Counted from the stretch's first letter, positions 22,489-32,726 are shown. The stretch: DNA of 64,000 nucleotides from Acidimicrobiaceae bacterium (GCA_003140595.1 PLKG01000138.1:58056-122055), one strand, 5' to 3'. A program made the numbers and translations. Notes: generated by a model not told the origin, from the sequence alone.

Positions 22489-24291
22489 TCAGCGATCCTT
22501 CGGGCCCCGGTCTAGACCCGCGGCCGGTGTGCGGGGCGCGCCGCTTGGCGCAACGGACCCGGCGGACGCCCGGAACCGGTTCGTGATCGGCATCCTGCGG
22601 TCCTTGCCGAATCCACGACTAGTGACCCGGGGGCCCGGTGGGGCTTGGCGCCGCTTGTACTCGGCGCGGTCGACGAGATCGATGACCTTGCGTACCGTCG
22701 CCTCCTCGAAACCTGCACCGACCAGGCCGGAGACCGTGAGATCCCTTTCGACGTAGCCCTCGAGGATCGGGTCCAGGACGGGGTAGGGAGGCAGGCTGTC
22801 GTCGTCTCGCTGGTCCGGTCGCAGCTCTGCAGACGGGGGCTTGGAGATGACCGCCCGGGGCACAAGGTCGTGACCAGCGACGGCGTTGCGGTGCTCGCAC
22901 AACTGGTAAACGAGCGTCTTCGGCACGTCCTTCAACACGGCGTAGCCGCCCGCCATGTCCCCGTAAAGGGTGGCGTAGCCGACCGCCATCTCGCTCTTGT
23001 TGCCGGTGGTGAGCACCAGCCATCCCAGCGCGTTGGAGATCGCCATCAAGATGATCCCGCGTACGCGTGCCTGGAGGTTCTCGCCCGCAAGCCCGCCCAA
23101 CGGCTCACCGCCAGCCAACAGCGGATCGAGCATCTCCAAGAGCACACGGTGGGCAGCCTCTATGGGGACCGTGGTCGAGCCGATCCCGAGGTTCGTGACC
23201 AGCGACGAGGCGTCGTCGATCGAGCCTGTCGAGGAGAAACGGGATGGCATCAACACACCGTGCACGCGTGCCGGCCCGAGAGCGTCAGCCGCGATCGTGG
23301 CGACGAGCGAGGAGTCGACGCCTCCCGACAAGCCCACGAGCACCTCGGTGAAACCGTTCTTGCAGACGTAGTCGGATGTCCCGAGCACGAGCGCCTCGTA
23401 AACCTCCGCCACCCGGTCGAGGCGTTGCGCGACGGGAGTGAGCCGCTCGGATCCCTGTTGCACGCCGAGATCGGGGGCCTCGGTGATCGGAATCAGCGGC
23501 AGTGACGACATGCCCTCGTGACCTCGCGGGTCCAAGAGCCTTTTGCGGAACATCGGATGGATGGCGAGATCGCATATCGTGAGTGCCTCGCGGAACTGCG
23601 GGGATGACGCGACAAGCTCGCCGTCGTGGTCGAAGACCATGGACGCACCGTCGAAGACGAGCTCGTCCTGTCCGCCGACGAGGTTGACATAGGCGAGAGC
23701 ACAGGAACCGTCCGCCGCGCGCGTGGCGAGCATGCGCTCGCGTTGGGCGAGGATGCCGGCCCGGTAGGGCGACGCATTGATCGTCACGACGAGCTCTGCG
23801 CCCCCGTCCCCCAGCCGACCGACCGGCCCGAACGGGCTCCAGGCGTCCTCGCACACCGTCACCCCGACGCGGACCCCGCCGATCAAGAAGAGACGGTCCC
23901 TGCCGGCGCCGGGCACGAAGTAGCGGCGTTCGTCGAAGACCCCGTAGTTGGGGAGCAGCTGCTTGCGGACGACCGCGCGCACCTCGCCCTCGGCACACAC
24001 GGCCGCCGCGTTGTAGAGATCGCCGTCCTCCTCCACGAAGCCGACGACGGCTACACAATGCTGGGTCGCGGCCGCGACCTTCTCGAGCGCGAGAAGGTTG
24101 CCCTCGACAAAGCCGGGCTCGAGCAGGAGATCCTCCGGCGGGTAGCCGGTGAGCACGAGCTCGGGGAACACCGCCAGGGATGCGCCCGCGGCCTCGGCCT
24201 GGGCGAGGTACGAGATGACCTTGTCGGCGTTGCCGTCCAGGTCGCCTACGGTGACGTCAAGCTGGCAAAGCGCGATGCGCAGGCTTCCCAC
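22489..24291 (-). CDS. nadE: Glutamine-dependent NAD+ synthetase
   Basis: N-terminal CN-hydrolase domain (LRIALCQLDVTVGDL...) and C-terminal NAD synthase domain with GLSGGVDSS. The start is trimmed to GTG 24291 (VGSLRIAL). The 716-aa ORF would run into the divergent glnE gene. Confidence 0.9.
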   Translation of the reverse strand: MGSLRIALCQLDVTVGDLDGNADKVISYLAQAEAAGASLAVFPELVLTGYPPEDLLLEPGFVEGNLLALEKVAAATQHCVAVVGFVEEDGDLYNAAAVCAEGEVRAVVRKQLLPNYGVFDERRYFVPGAGRDRLFLIGGVRVGVTVCEDAWSPFGPVGRLGDGGAELVVTINASPYRAGILAQRERMLATRAADGSCALAYVNLVGGQDELVFDGASMVFDHDGELVASSPQFREALTICDLAIHPMFRKRLLDPRGHEGMSSLPLIPITEAPDLGVQQGSERLTPVAQRLDRVAEVYEALVLGTSDYVCKNGFTEVLVGLSGGVDSSLVATIAADALGPARVHGVLMPSRFSSTGSIDDASSLVTNLGIGSTTVPIEAAHRVLLEMLDPLLAGGEPLGGLAGENLQARVRGIILMAISNALGWLVLTTGNKSEMAVGYATLYGDMAGGYAVLKDVPKTLVYQLCEHRNAVAGHDLVPRAVISKPPSAELRPDQRDDDSLPPYPVLDPILEGYVERDLTVSGLVGAGFEEATVRKVIDLVDRAEYKRRQAPPGPRVTSRGFGKDRRMPITNRFRASAGSVAPSGAPRTPAAGLDRGPKDR

Positions 24292-24388
24292 CGCCGAAAT
24301 GCTACCGGTGGCCGGCACCGCGCACGGTGAGACGTGGAAAGTCAACGGGCGCCTAGGGCGGTAGCCTGCGTGAGAGGACCCTCCGCCT

Positions 24389-27175
24389 ATGCCACCGCCA
24401 CACCTGCTCGACGAGCTCGTCCGCGCGTCTGCAGCTCCCGACTCGGTGAGGTTGGTGGCCGACCAGCTCTTCGCCGCGTTCCCTGCAGCTCGCGACCGAG
24501 TGGAGTCCGAGCCTGGTCTCGCCGCCAGGTTCGCCGCGGTCGCGGCAGCCAGCCGCTCGTTGTCGCGCGTGATCGTGACCGACCCTGCGGCCATTGAGGT
24601 GCTCGCGCGACTCGACGTGGGGGAGCCGGGACAGGTCACCGGGCCCGGCCGGATGCGCTGGGACCCCGCTCAGGCCGATGACGTCGATGACCTTGTGCGC
24701 CGCAAGCACCTTTGTCTCCTCGAGGTCGCTGCAGGCGATCTCAACGGACTGACCGACCTCGAGCAGGTGACAAGCTCGCTCTCGTTCGTCGCCGACCGGG
24801 TGTTGGCCGGCGCCATACGCCTCGCCGGAGCCGATGACGACCTGGCTGTCATCGCCATGGGCAAGCACGGTGCGAACGAGCTCAACTACTCGAGCGACAT
24901 CGACATCCTTCTTGTCTCCCGGGACGGGGCCGAGGTCGATCCTTCGCTCGCCCGTTCGGTCGTAGCGATCGGCTCCCGCGCGTTCCGCATCGACACCAAC
25001 CTCCGCCCCGAGGGTCGTTCCGGCGCGCTCGTCCGCTCCGTGGGTTCCTACGTCGCTTACTGGGACCGGTGGGCACGTCCCTGGGAGTTCCAGGCACTGC
25101 TGAAGGCTCGCCACGCCGCGGGGGACGCGACCACCGGGCGGCTGTTCGAGGCCGCGGCCTTTGAACATCTCTGGTCACGCCGGTTCGGCGCGGACGACCT
25201 CGCCGAATTGCGGACGATGAAGGCCCGGGCGGAGGCGATCGTCGCCAAACAGGGCCTCGACCATCGTGAGCTCAAACGGGGCCGTGGCGGGATCCGGGAC
25301 GTGGAGTTCTCGGTGCAGCTGCTGCAATTGGTCCACGGCGGCCGGGATCCGGCCCTCCGGCTGAGGGCAACACTCCCATGCCTGGACGAGATGGCCGACG
25401 CCGGCTACGTGGCCGCCGAGGACGCCGCGGCCCTCGCGATTGCCTACCGGTTCCTCCGCACCGTCGAGCACCGCCTGCAGCTCGTAGAGGAGGCTCAGGT
25501 TCACACCGTGCCGGCTGATCGGGCCTCAAGGGACCGGCTGGCACGAGTGCTCGGCTTCAAGGGCCGGCCGCGTGAGACGCCGGGCGATCGCTTCGACGCC
25601 GTGCTCGCACGTCATCAGGGGACAGGAAGGGCGATCCACGAACGACTCTTCTTCAGGCCGCTCCTGGAGGCATTCGCCGGAGCCACAACATCTCGCGCCG
25701 CGCCCCGCCACGAGTCCCGGGCTGCAGGCGACCACGTTTTTGCGTCGGACGCCGCCGAGGAGCGGCTCGCCGCGTTCGGCTTCGCAGACGCCGAGCGGAC
25801 CCGCCAGGCCCTGAGCGAGCTCACACGGGGCCTGACGCGCTCCTCGAGGCTCATGCAGCAGCTGTTGCCGCTGCTTCTCGACTGGCTCTCAGAATCGCCC
25901 GACCCCGACCAGGGTCTTGTCGGGCTCAGGACCCTCGCGGGTACCCCGCACCGGCGCGACCTGCTCGTGACCGCGTTCCGCGAGTCGCCCGAGGTCGCCC
26001 GGCGCCTGTGCCTGCTCCTCGGAACGAGCCGCCGGCTCGGCGAGATAATCGCCCGGCATCCCGATTTCGAGGACCTGCTCGACGACAGGGCCGCTCTCGA
26101 CGCGCTGGCGCCCGGCGAGTTCGTCCACAAGGCCATGATCGCGGCCGATCAAGGACCCGACAGGCGGGCGGGCGCTCTCCGGCACTTGTTCGAGACCGAG
26201 ACCGTCCGCATCGCGACCCGGGACCTCCTCGACCTCTCGAGTCTCCAAGAGACAGGCCGGGCTCTCGCCGATCTCGGCGCCGCGGTGGTAGCGGGCGGGC
26301 TCCACGCCATCGCGCCCACGGTGCCGATGGCCGTGATCGGGATGGGGAGTTTCGGCGGGGCGGAGATCGCGTATGGCAGCGACCTCGACGTGCTGGTCGT
26401 CTACGAGGGGACGAGCACTTCGGACACGCAGGCCGCGGAGCATGCGGCGGCGGCGCTGTTCCGGCTGTGCAACGGGTCGACACCCGCCGAAGGAATCGTC
26501 CGGATCGATGCCTCGCTCCGCCCGGAGGGCAAGCCCGGTCCAATCGCCCGAAGCCTCGACGCGTTCGAGCGTTACCACCAGCGTTGGGGTCAGACCTGGG
26601 AACGTCAGGCCCTGTTGCGCGCCCGGCCGGTTGCCGGAGACGACGACGTCGTCAAGGCATTCGTAGCCCTCGCGGACCAGGCCCTGTGGTCGTCGCCCCT
26701 GGACGAGGCAGCGGAGCGGGAGATACGGAGAATGAAAGCGAGGATCGAACGCGAGCGGATCCCGCCGAGCGAGGATCCTCAGTTCCACCTGAAGCTCGGC
26801 CGTGGGTCGCTCTCCGATGTGGAGTGGACAGCGCAGCTCCTGCAGCTGCGGACCGGCACCAGGGCGACTGGGACCCGAGACGCGTTGGACCTCCTCGAGG
26901 GCTCCGGTGCGCTCGACACCGCCGACGCGGATGCTCTGAGAGACGCGTACGGTTTTTGCTCTAGGACGAGGAACCGCTGGCACCTCGTGGGTAACCACGT
27001 GGCAGGAGCCGGAGGGGTGGTCGGGAGCGGGTCGGACGCGATGCCGCGCCAGCCGCAGCTCCAGTCGCGTCTCGCCAGAAGTCTCGGGACCACCCCGACC
27101 GAGCTGCGCGAGTCGTACCGCCGGGTGACCAGGCGGAGCCGAAAAGTCGTCGAGCGCGTCTTCTACGGCCTGTGA
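24389..27175 (+). CDS. glnE: Bifunctional glutamine synthetase adenylyltransferase / adenylyl-removing enzyme
   Basis: 928 aa with two tandem nucleotidyltransferase halves (GKHGANELNYSSDIDILLV and GMGSFGGAEIAYGSDLDVLVV), each followed by a GlnE-type helical domain. Confidence 0.9.
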   Translation: MPPPHLLDELVRASAAPDSVRLVADQLFAAFPAARDRVESEPGLAARFAAVAAASRSLSRVIVTDPAAIEVLARLDVGEPGQVTGPGRMRWDPAQADDVDDLVRRKHLCLLEVAAGDLNGLTDLEQVTSSLSFVADRVLAGAIRLAGADDDLAVIAMGKHGANELNYSSDIDILLVSRDGAEVDPSLARSVVAIGSRAFRIDTNLRPEGRSGALVRSVGSYVAYWDRWARPWEFQALLKARHAAGDATTGRLFEAAAFEHLWSRRFGADDLAELRTMKARAEAIVAKQGLDHRELKRGRGGIRDVEFSVQLLQLVHGGRDPALRLRATLPCLDEMADAGYVAAEDAAALAIAYRFLRTVEHRLQLVEEAQVHTVPADRASRDRLARVLGFKGRPRETPGDRFDAVLARHQGTGRAIHERLFFRPLLEAFAGATTSRAAPRHESRAAGDHVFASDAAEERLAAFGFADAERTRQALSELTRGLTRSSRLMQQLLPLLLDWLSESPDPDQGLVGLRTLAGTPHRRDLLVTAFRESPEVARRLCLLLGTSRRLGEIIARHPDFEDLLDDRAALDALAPGEFVHKAMIAADQGPDRRAGALRHLFETETVRIATRDLLDLSSLQETGRALADLGAAVVAGGLHAIAPTVPMAVIGMGSFGGAEIAYGSDLDVLVVYEGTSTSDTQAAEHAAAALFRLCNGSTPAEGIVRIDASLRPEGKPGPIARSLDAFERYHQRWGQTWERQALLRARPVAGDDDVVKAFVALADQALWSSPLDEAAEREIRRMKARIERERIPPSEDPQFHLKLGRGSLSDVEWTAQLLQLRTGTRATGTRDALDLLEGSGALDTADADALRDAYGFCSRTRNRWHLVGNHVAGAGGVVGSGSDAMPRQPQLQSRLARSLGTTPTELRESYRRVTRRSRKVVERVFYGL

Positions 27176-27257
27176 GGGCGCCGCGCTCGGGTGCCGGACT
27201 CACAGCCGTTTCCCAGCCTTCTTTCATTCCCGACTCAGGCGGCCAGTCAAGGCTTGG

Positions 27258-28682
27258 GTGATGCTCGTCATGTCGAACTCCTCGCCCGAGCGCGTCCCGG
27301 TTGCGTCGCGCCCAGGGTCACCCGGAGCCGGTCCGGCATTGACCGCGCCACGAATGAGCTCACCACACGGGCGGCGTGGCTGGACCGCCAACCTGTTCAC
27401 GGCGGTGGTCGCGCTCGGGTTCGGCGTGACGCTCGGGCTCTCTTTGACGCCCGTGACGCGAAGCTCTCTCGCCGCGCCGGGTGGCCTGGAGACCGCGGCC
27501 GGCCAGATCGCAGGCCTGACCGGCAGCTACCTGCTTCTCGTCATGCTCCTGTTGATAGCGAGGCTCCCCTGGCTGGAGAGCCTCCTCGGCCAGGACCGCC
27601 TCGTGCGGTGGCACCGCCGGCTCGGTCCATGGCCCATCATTCTGTTGGGCTCGCACGCTGTGCTGATCACGGTCGGCTACGCGGCGCAGGCGTCCGTCGG
27701 CCCGTGGCACGAGTTCGACATCCTGCTCACCTCCTACCCCGACGTCCTCATGGCGACTGTGGCCTTCGGCCTGTTGGTGATGGCCGGCGTTGCCTCGTTC
27801 CGGGCCGCACGTTCGAGGATGCGTTATGAGACCTGGTGGGTCGTGCACCTTTACACCTATCTCGCGATCGCCCTCGCCTTCTCGCATCAGCTGGCCGACG
27901 GCGTCTCGTTCGTCGGGCACCCGCTGGCGCGGCTGTTCTGGGTCGTGATCTGGGCCAGCACCGCGGGGGTCGTGCTCGTCTACCGCGTTGGGCTCCCCCT
28001 TTGGCGCACCGTCTACCACAGACTGCGTGTAGTCGAGGTGCGCGAGGAAGGCCCGGGGATCGTGTCGGTCATCTGCGCGGGGCGCCACCTCGAGCGGCTG
28101 CCCGTCGCCGGCGGGCAGTTCCTCCAATGGCGGTTCCTCAGGAGCGAAATGTGGTGGCAGGCCCACCCCTACTCCATATCGGCAATGCCGCGGCCCCCGT
28201 TCCTCCGCGTGACAGTCAAGGCGCTCGGCGACTTCTCCGAGTCGGTGGCGACCATCCCGGTCGGCACCAGGGTGGCCATCGAAGGTCCTTACGGAGCCGT
28301 CACGGCACATTCGCGCGGCGGCGACAAGGTCCTTCTGGTCGCGGCCGGCGTCGGGGTCACCCCTATGCGCGCCATCCTCGAGGACCTGCCCGCCGAGGTC
28401 GACGTCGTGGTCCTGCTGCGCGCACCGAGGCGTGAGAACCTGATCTTCCACCACGAGATCGCCCCCCTCGTGCAAGGACGCGGTGGGCGCCTGCACGTCC
28501 TTGTCGGAAGCCGGCACCAGGTGCGGCTCGACTCCCGCCTGCTCGCAAAGCTCGTACCCGACCTCAACAAGCGCGACGTGTACGTCTGCGGCCCCGAAGG
28601 CTTCACCAACCGGATCGTCAGTGCGGCGCGGCGCCTCGGAGCCAGCCCCGACCGCATCCACAGCGAATCGTTCGCGTTCTGA
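27258..28682 (+). CDS. Ferric-reductase-like transmembrane protein with FAD/NAD(P)-binding domain
   Basis: N-terminal multi-TM domain with conserved His residues, then a ferredoxin-reductase-type module (GGQFLQWRF, HPYSIS, LLVAAGVGVTPM). Confidence 0.8.
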   Translation: MMLVMSNSSPERVPVASRPGSPGAGPALTAPRMSSPHGRRGWTANLFTAVVALGFGVTLGLSLTPVTRSSLAAPGGLETAAGQIAGLTGSYLLLVMLLLIARLPWLESLLGQDRLVRWHRRLGPWPIILLGSHAVLITVGYAAQASVGPWHEFDILLTSYPDVLMATVAFGLLVMAGVASFRAARSRMRYETWWVVHLYTYLAIALAFSHQLADGVSFVGHPLARLFWVVIWASTAGVVLVYRVGLPLWRTVYHRLRVVEVREEGPGIVSVICAGRHLERLPVAGGQFLQWRFLRSEMWWQAHPYSISAMPRPPFLRVTVKALGDFSESVATIPVGTRVAIEGPYGAVTAHSRGGDKVLLVAAGVGVTPMRAILEDLPAEVDVVVLLRAPRRENLIFHHEIAPLVQGRGGRLHVLVGSRHQVRLDSRLLAKLVPDLNKRDVYVCGPEGFTNRIVSAARRLGASPDRIHSESFAF

Positions 28683-28725
28683 CCATGACCACAACCAGCC
28701 CCTCTTGCGACTTGGAGACCAACCA

Positions 28726-29253
28726 ATGAAGCGCACGCCGATCGTGCTCGCCGCGACCGCCGCGGGACTCGCCACCGTTCTCGGGTTTCACACCCAGCAA
28801 ATGAGTGGCAGCATCCTCTCGGGCCTCGGCAAGGCCGGCACCGGGACTACCCCGACCGGCTCGCCGTCGGGAACAAGCGGCGCGAACACGACGACGACGG
28901 CCGGGTCGTCCTCGACGGGGAGCTCGACCTCCAGCTCCACCCCGAGCACGACAACTACGACCGCGGCGAGCGGGACTCGCACCGCGCTCGGAGCCGATGT
29001 CCAATACCGCTACGGGGAGCTGGAACTGCAGGTGACCGTCACCGCGGGCCGGATCACCAATGTCCAGCCGGCGATCGACACCGCGTTCGACCCACGCTCG
29101 AGCCAGGTCAACTCGTATGCAGAGCCCTTGCTCCAGAGCCAGACCCTGCAGGCACAAAGCGCCAACATCAATGGCGTCTCGGGCGCGACCTTCACGAGCC
29201 AGGCCTATGTCCAGTCGCTGCAGGCCGCTCTGGACAAGCTCGGGATCAAATAG
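28726..29253 (+). CDS. Exported FMN-binding domain protein (flavinylation substrate)
   Basis: Signal/anchor MKRTPIVLAATAAGLATVLGF, a Ser/Thr-rich linker, and an FMN_bind domain with the flavinylation motif NGVSGATFTS. The start is set at ATG 28726 after GGAGAC. Confidence 0.8.
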   Translation: MKRTPIVLAATAAGLATVLGFHTQQMSGSILSGLGKAGTGTTPTGSPSGTSGANTTTTAGSSSTGSSTSSSTPSTTTTTAASGTRTALGADVQYRYGELELQVTVTAGRITNVQPAIDTAFDPRSSQVNSYAEPLLQSQTLQAQSANINGVSGATFTSQAYVQSLQAALDKLGIK

Positions 29254-30086
29254 TGGCCGACACGGCCACGACGCCCCGGGGGGAAGGGCGAGCGGGCTCG
29301 AGCTCGCCTCCTCGGGCCGAGTTCCCGGCGGACCCAGTTCTCCGCCACGTCCACGCGGTCATGGGCACGATGGTGTCCTTCGATGTGCGCATCGGCGAGG
29401 GCGAGCCGCAGAGGGCTCACGTGGGGCTGGCGAGGGCATGCGCGCGGCTCGACCGCGCTGACGCCGTCTTCAGCACGTGGAAACCGAACAGCCCGATGAG
29501 CCTTCTTCGCGCGAACGCGATCAGGCTCGGCGAGGCCCCGCCCGAGCTAGCCGCGGTGCTTGAGCTGTGCGCGATCGCCCGAGACCTCTCGGGCGGTTGG
29601 TTCGACCCGTGGAACCTGCCCGGCGGACTGGACCCCACAGGCCTCGTGAAGGGCTGGGCGGCCGACAGGGCACTCGACGAGCTGCGCGCGGCGGGCGTCC
29701 GAGCGGCGATGGTGAGCGCGGGAGGCGACTTGGCGAGTTTTGGTGGCCCCGAACCGGGATCGCCCTGGCGCATCGGCGTGCGCGACCCTTGGGCGGCCGA
29801 CAGGATCGCCTGCGTTCTCGAGTCCCCAGGTGCGGTCGCCACCTCCGGCTGCTACGAGCGCGGCAACCACGTGTTCGACCCCCGCAGCGGTCGGGCCGAG
29901 GCTCGTTGTCAGTCCGCGACGGTCACCGGCCCCGAGCTCTGGCTCGCCGATGCGCTCGCGACAGGCCTCCTCGTGGCCGGCGAGGCCGGCTTGGCGCTCG
30001 TCGAGGCCGTCGCGGGCTACGAGGCCTGCGTCATCTCCGGGAGCGGCTCGATCGCCATGACCGGCTCCTTCCCCGTCGCCCCCTAG
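29253..30086 (+). CDS. apbE: FAD:protein FMN transferase (ApbE family)
   Basis: GWFDPW, GLVKGWAADRA, VSAGGDL, VATSGCYERG and LADALATG blocks. The GTG overlaps the upstream TAG. Confidence 0.82.
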   Translation: MADTATTPRGEGRAGSSSPPRAEFPADPVLRHVHAVMGTMVSFDVRIGEGEPQRAHVGLARACARLDRADAVFSTWKPNSPMSLLRANAIRLGEAPPELAAVLELCAIARDLSGGWFDPWNLPGGLDPTGLVKGWAADRALDELRAAGVRAAMVSAGGDLASFGGPEPGSPWRIGVRDPWAADRIACVLESPGAVATSGCYERGNHVFDPRSGRAEARCQSATVTGPELWLADALATGLLVAGEAGLALVEAVAGYEACVISGSGSIAMTGSFPVAP

Positions 30087-30177
30087 CCGGCGAGGCGCTC
30101 GACCAGCGACATCTCCCCAGGGCCGGATTCGCCCGTCGCTTCAAGCGGAAGTCTCGACCTAGACTCGTGGTGTGCGC

Positions 30178-30642
30178 ATGAGCGGCCTGATCATTCCCAG
30201 GACAGGCTGGTACCTCACTTTGGGCCTCGTGTTCGGGATGCTGGCGTTCATGCGCTCGAATGCATACAGACGCCGCACCGGCAGCAGTCCGTGGCACATC
30301 CATCCTCTCGTCTGGGGCATCGTCAGCATCTTTGTGACCTTTCTCGTCACCCTGCTGTCCGTCGTCTTCGTGGCGATCTTCGGCACCGTCCTGTCGTTCC
30401 TCGCCTGGTCGCCTCGTGGCCAGTCGGGCCGCGAGGCGAACATGGGCGAATCGGAATTCAGGGACACACCCGCACCTTCACCGGTTGACGGCGTCGGCCC
30501 GGCGCAACCGGCACCACCGGTGACAGTGCTCAGGGCCTGGCTGGCCGACCCGACGGGGCGTCACGAGCTGCGCTACTTCGACGGCACAGGCTGGACCGAG
30601 CACGTGGCGGACGCCGGGGTCATCTCGGCCGACGCTTCCTAG
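30178..30642 (+). CDS. Membrane protein with C-terminal DUF2510-like motif
   Basis: Three hydrophobic segments, then WLADPTGRHELRYFDGTGWTEHV (the DUF2510 signature W..DP.G....RY.DG..WT). An alternative GTG start lies at 30172. Confidence 0.6.
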   Translation: MSGLIIPRTGWYLTLGLVFGMLAFMRSNAYRRRTGSSPWHIHPLVWGIVSIFVTFLVTLLSVVFVAIFGTVLSFLAWSPRGQSGREANMGESEFRDTPAPSPVDGVGPAQPAPPVTVLRAWLADPTGRHELRYFDGTGWTEHVADAGVISADAS

Positions 30643-30679
30643 AAGACCCGCAGTTCACCTCGAGCAACGCCACGAACCC

Positions 30680-30910
30680 TCAGCCAGCAGCGGAAGCCCC
30701 CGTGCCCATGGCGTCAGGCGGTGTAATGGCGCTGTCCGGGATCTCCTTCGCGAAGATCAGCAACGACTGGTCGAGACCGCCCAGCACCGTGTGAAGGTGG
30801 TAGCCGGAGAGCTCGGGCTCGTTGAGCATGGCTTGCAGCCCTGGCGCGCCGGTCTCGCCCGAGTGAACCGCTCCGGTGTGCCACTCCTTCACCCTGTACT
30901 CGATGTTCAT
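30680..30910 (-). CDS. Hypothetical small soluble protein (76 aa)
   Basis: ATG start overlaps the upstream gene's stop (ATGA at 30907-30910). No motif recognised. Confidence 0.45.
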   Translation of the reverse strand: MNIEYRVKEWHTGAVHSGETGAPGLQAMLNEPELSGYHLHTVLGGLDQSLLIFAKEIPDSAITPPDAMGTGASAAG

Positions 30911-31269
30911 CGCTTTCCTCGAGTCGCTTTGTGATCTTCCTGATGACGTCGAAAAGCCTTGCGAAGTTGGACGATCCGCACGGACCCGAGGCAGAAGACG
31001 ACCAACGCGCCGAGCGCCGCGGCCACCAGTAATGCGAGCGCGAGCGGGAACCTGCCCGAGAATATCAAGAAGCTGACCTTCGCCTTCTCAAGATTCTGTA
31101 CGACGAACACGACCATCACCGCGGCGAAGACCAACGCCGGGACCAGACTCTTCCAGGCCTGTCCGGCGCGGCTTTTCGGGACGGCCAGTTCCGGGCGCTC
31201 CTCAGTAGGGCTATCGCGTACCGGCTCAGACTCGTCACGCTCTTCGCGCTCGTCAGCAGCCACGTTCAC
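30907..31269 (-). CDS. LapA-domain (DUF1049) small membrane protein
   Basis: VVFVVQNLEKAKVSFLIFSGRFPLALALLVAAALGALVVF is the typical two-TM DUF1049 pattern. The N-terminus is acidic. GTG start. Confidence 0.6.
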   Translation of the reverse strand: MNVAADEREERDESEPVRDSPTEERPELAVPKSRAGQAWKSLVPALVFAAVMVVFVVQNLEKAKVSFLIFSGRFPLALALLVAAALGALVVFCLGSVRIVQLRKAFRRHQEDHKATRGKR

Positions 31270-31373
31270 AAAACCACCGATCTGGTGCCGATGGGGTCGG
31301 CTTGCCGTCGCTCATGATGAGCTGTCTGCAGGATATACCGGAGAGACCCGGGATCCTTCCTGGTGGTCCTGCG

Positions 31374-32726
31374 TCAGCCGCGCTCCGCGCCGCCACTTCG
31401 CGGTCTTCGACGGTGGAGATGGCCACGGCGGCTCTCGCGCGTGACCGCCAGTGCCGGAGCGTCGCCTCCGAGCTGCGCGACCATCCGGTCGACTTCAGTC
31501 AGGATCGCACCGGAGACGACCCACGCGCCGGTCTCGTCCACGCGCCGAAGGCTGCGCAGCGACTCGCCGCGGGCCTCACGGACGGCGTCGAGGGCCGCGT
31601 CCACGCTTGGGGTGTCCCCCTTTAGGGCTTCGGCCTGGGCGCGGTAGGCGACAGCGGTGCGGGCCAGCACTTCGGCGAGACTCGCGGGTAGGCGCGGGGC
31701 CCCGTCGATCTGGTGGTCGAACAAAGTGCGAGCTATCGCACGCAGCTGTGCCACCGAGTGTGTGAGCGCGGCGAGGGCGTGCGACAACTCGGCGGACGCC
31801 GTCTTTCGGCCGAAGGGGTCAACGCGGAGGAACGCCACCGCCTCGTCGACCTGGGGTCCCACGTGCTCCAGCTCCTCCTCCAAGCCACGCGAACGGGCCA
31901 GCCAGAGATCGGTCTCGGTTGCGGTCGGGGTCTTGGCCACCCCGGCGCTCATCTCCGACAGCAGGTCCGCGATCGCGCCTGCAAGGCCGGCAAGGGCGCT
32001 TCGCGCCCGGGAACGGGGATCGCCCGGATACGCGAGGTAGGACGCGGCCGCGCCGATGACGGCGCCGACCAGTGTCGCCCAGACCCTGTCGAGCAGCACG
32101 TCGGTGCCCACCGAGGTCCCGAGGGCGAGGATGAAGATGGCGGTTCCGGGAATCTGCAGCGATCCGCTCGCACCCAGGCGCAGGAGCTGGCCGGCGGCGA
32201 GAGACACGAAGACCAACACGATGACCGCGACGGCCGAGAGGCCGACGGTCCGCAGGATCCCGACGGCGAGAAACACGCTGAGACCCATGAGCACGGTCCG
32301 CTTGGCGCCGTCCAGCACTGAGGTCCTCACGGTCAGCTGGACGGCGTACACCGAGGACGCCGCACCGAAGGCGGGCGCGAAGCCGCCGAGCGGCATGCAG
32401 ACCGCCCAGGTCGCGCCGGCCGCCGCGGCCGTGACCGCGATGACACGAAACGTCCAGCGTGCCTCGTAGGCACGAGAGAGAAGAGTCCTCAGCCCGTGGA
32501 GGAGAACTGCGGTCGATCGCCGCGCTACGTAGGTCTCACTTCGCGTCCTCGTAGTGGGAGTGGCGACCGTACGTGTCGGCGTGCCGACTCGTGACCCGTC
32601 CGGCGCGCTGTCCGGCGCATCGGCCGGTGCCTCCACCTCATCTTCCGGGGGTGTACAGCCCTCGTCCCTGTCCCCCGCCTGAGCACCGTCGGATGGAGAG
32701 CTGCCCACCTCGCGAGCATGGAACAT
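31374..32726 (-). CDS. FUSC / aromatic-acid-exporter-like integral membrane protein
   Basis: N-terminal block of about 5-6 TM segments followed by a long helical soluble region (LWLARSRGLEEELEHVGPQVDEAVAFL...). This is my recollection of the family and is not verified. The start is uncertain. Confidence 0.45.
   Translation of the reverse strand: MFHAREVGSSPSDGAQAGDRDEGCTPPEDEVEAPADAPDSAPDGSRVGTPTRTVATPTTRTRSETYVARRSTAVLLHGLRTLLSRAYEARWTFRVIAVTAAAAGATWAVCMPLGGFAPAFGAASSVYAVQLTVRTSVLDGAKRTVLMGLSVFLAVGILRTVGLSAVAVIVLVFVSLAAGQLLRLGASGSLQIPGTAIFILALGTSVGTDVLLDRVWATLVGAVIGAAASYLAYPGDPRSRARSALAGLAGAIADLLSEMSAGVAKTPTATETDLWLARSRGLEEELEHVGPQVDEAVAFLRVDPFGRKTASAELSHALAALTHSVAQLRAIARTLFDHQIDGAPRLPASLAEVLARTAVAYRAQAEALKGDTPSVDAALDAVREARGESLRSLRRVDETGAWVVSGAILTEVDRMVAQLGGDAPALAVTRESRRGHLHRRRPRSGGAERG

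Noticed and set aside
22432-24639. Over-long N-terminal extensions in the ORF track: nadE as 716 aa, the sigma factor as 371 aa, holB as 447 aa, sixA as 280 aa, the adenosine-kinase-like ORF as 377 aa, and trkA as 305 aa.
   Set aside because: The extensions are Arg/Pro-rich, overlap neighbouring genes or divergent promoters, and precede better starts (4-nt overlaps or SD-linked starts) that give family-typical lengths.
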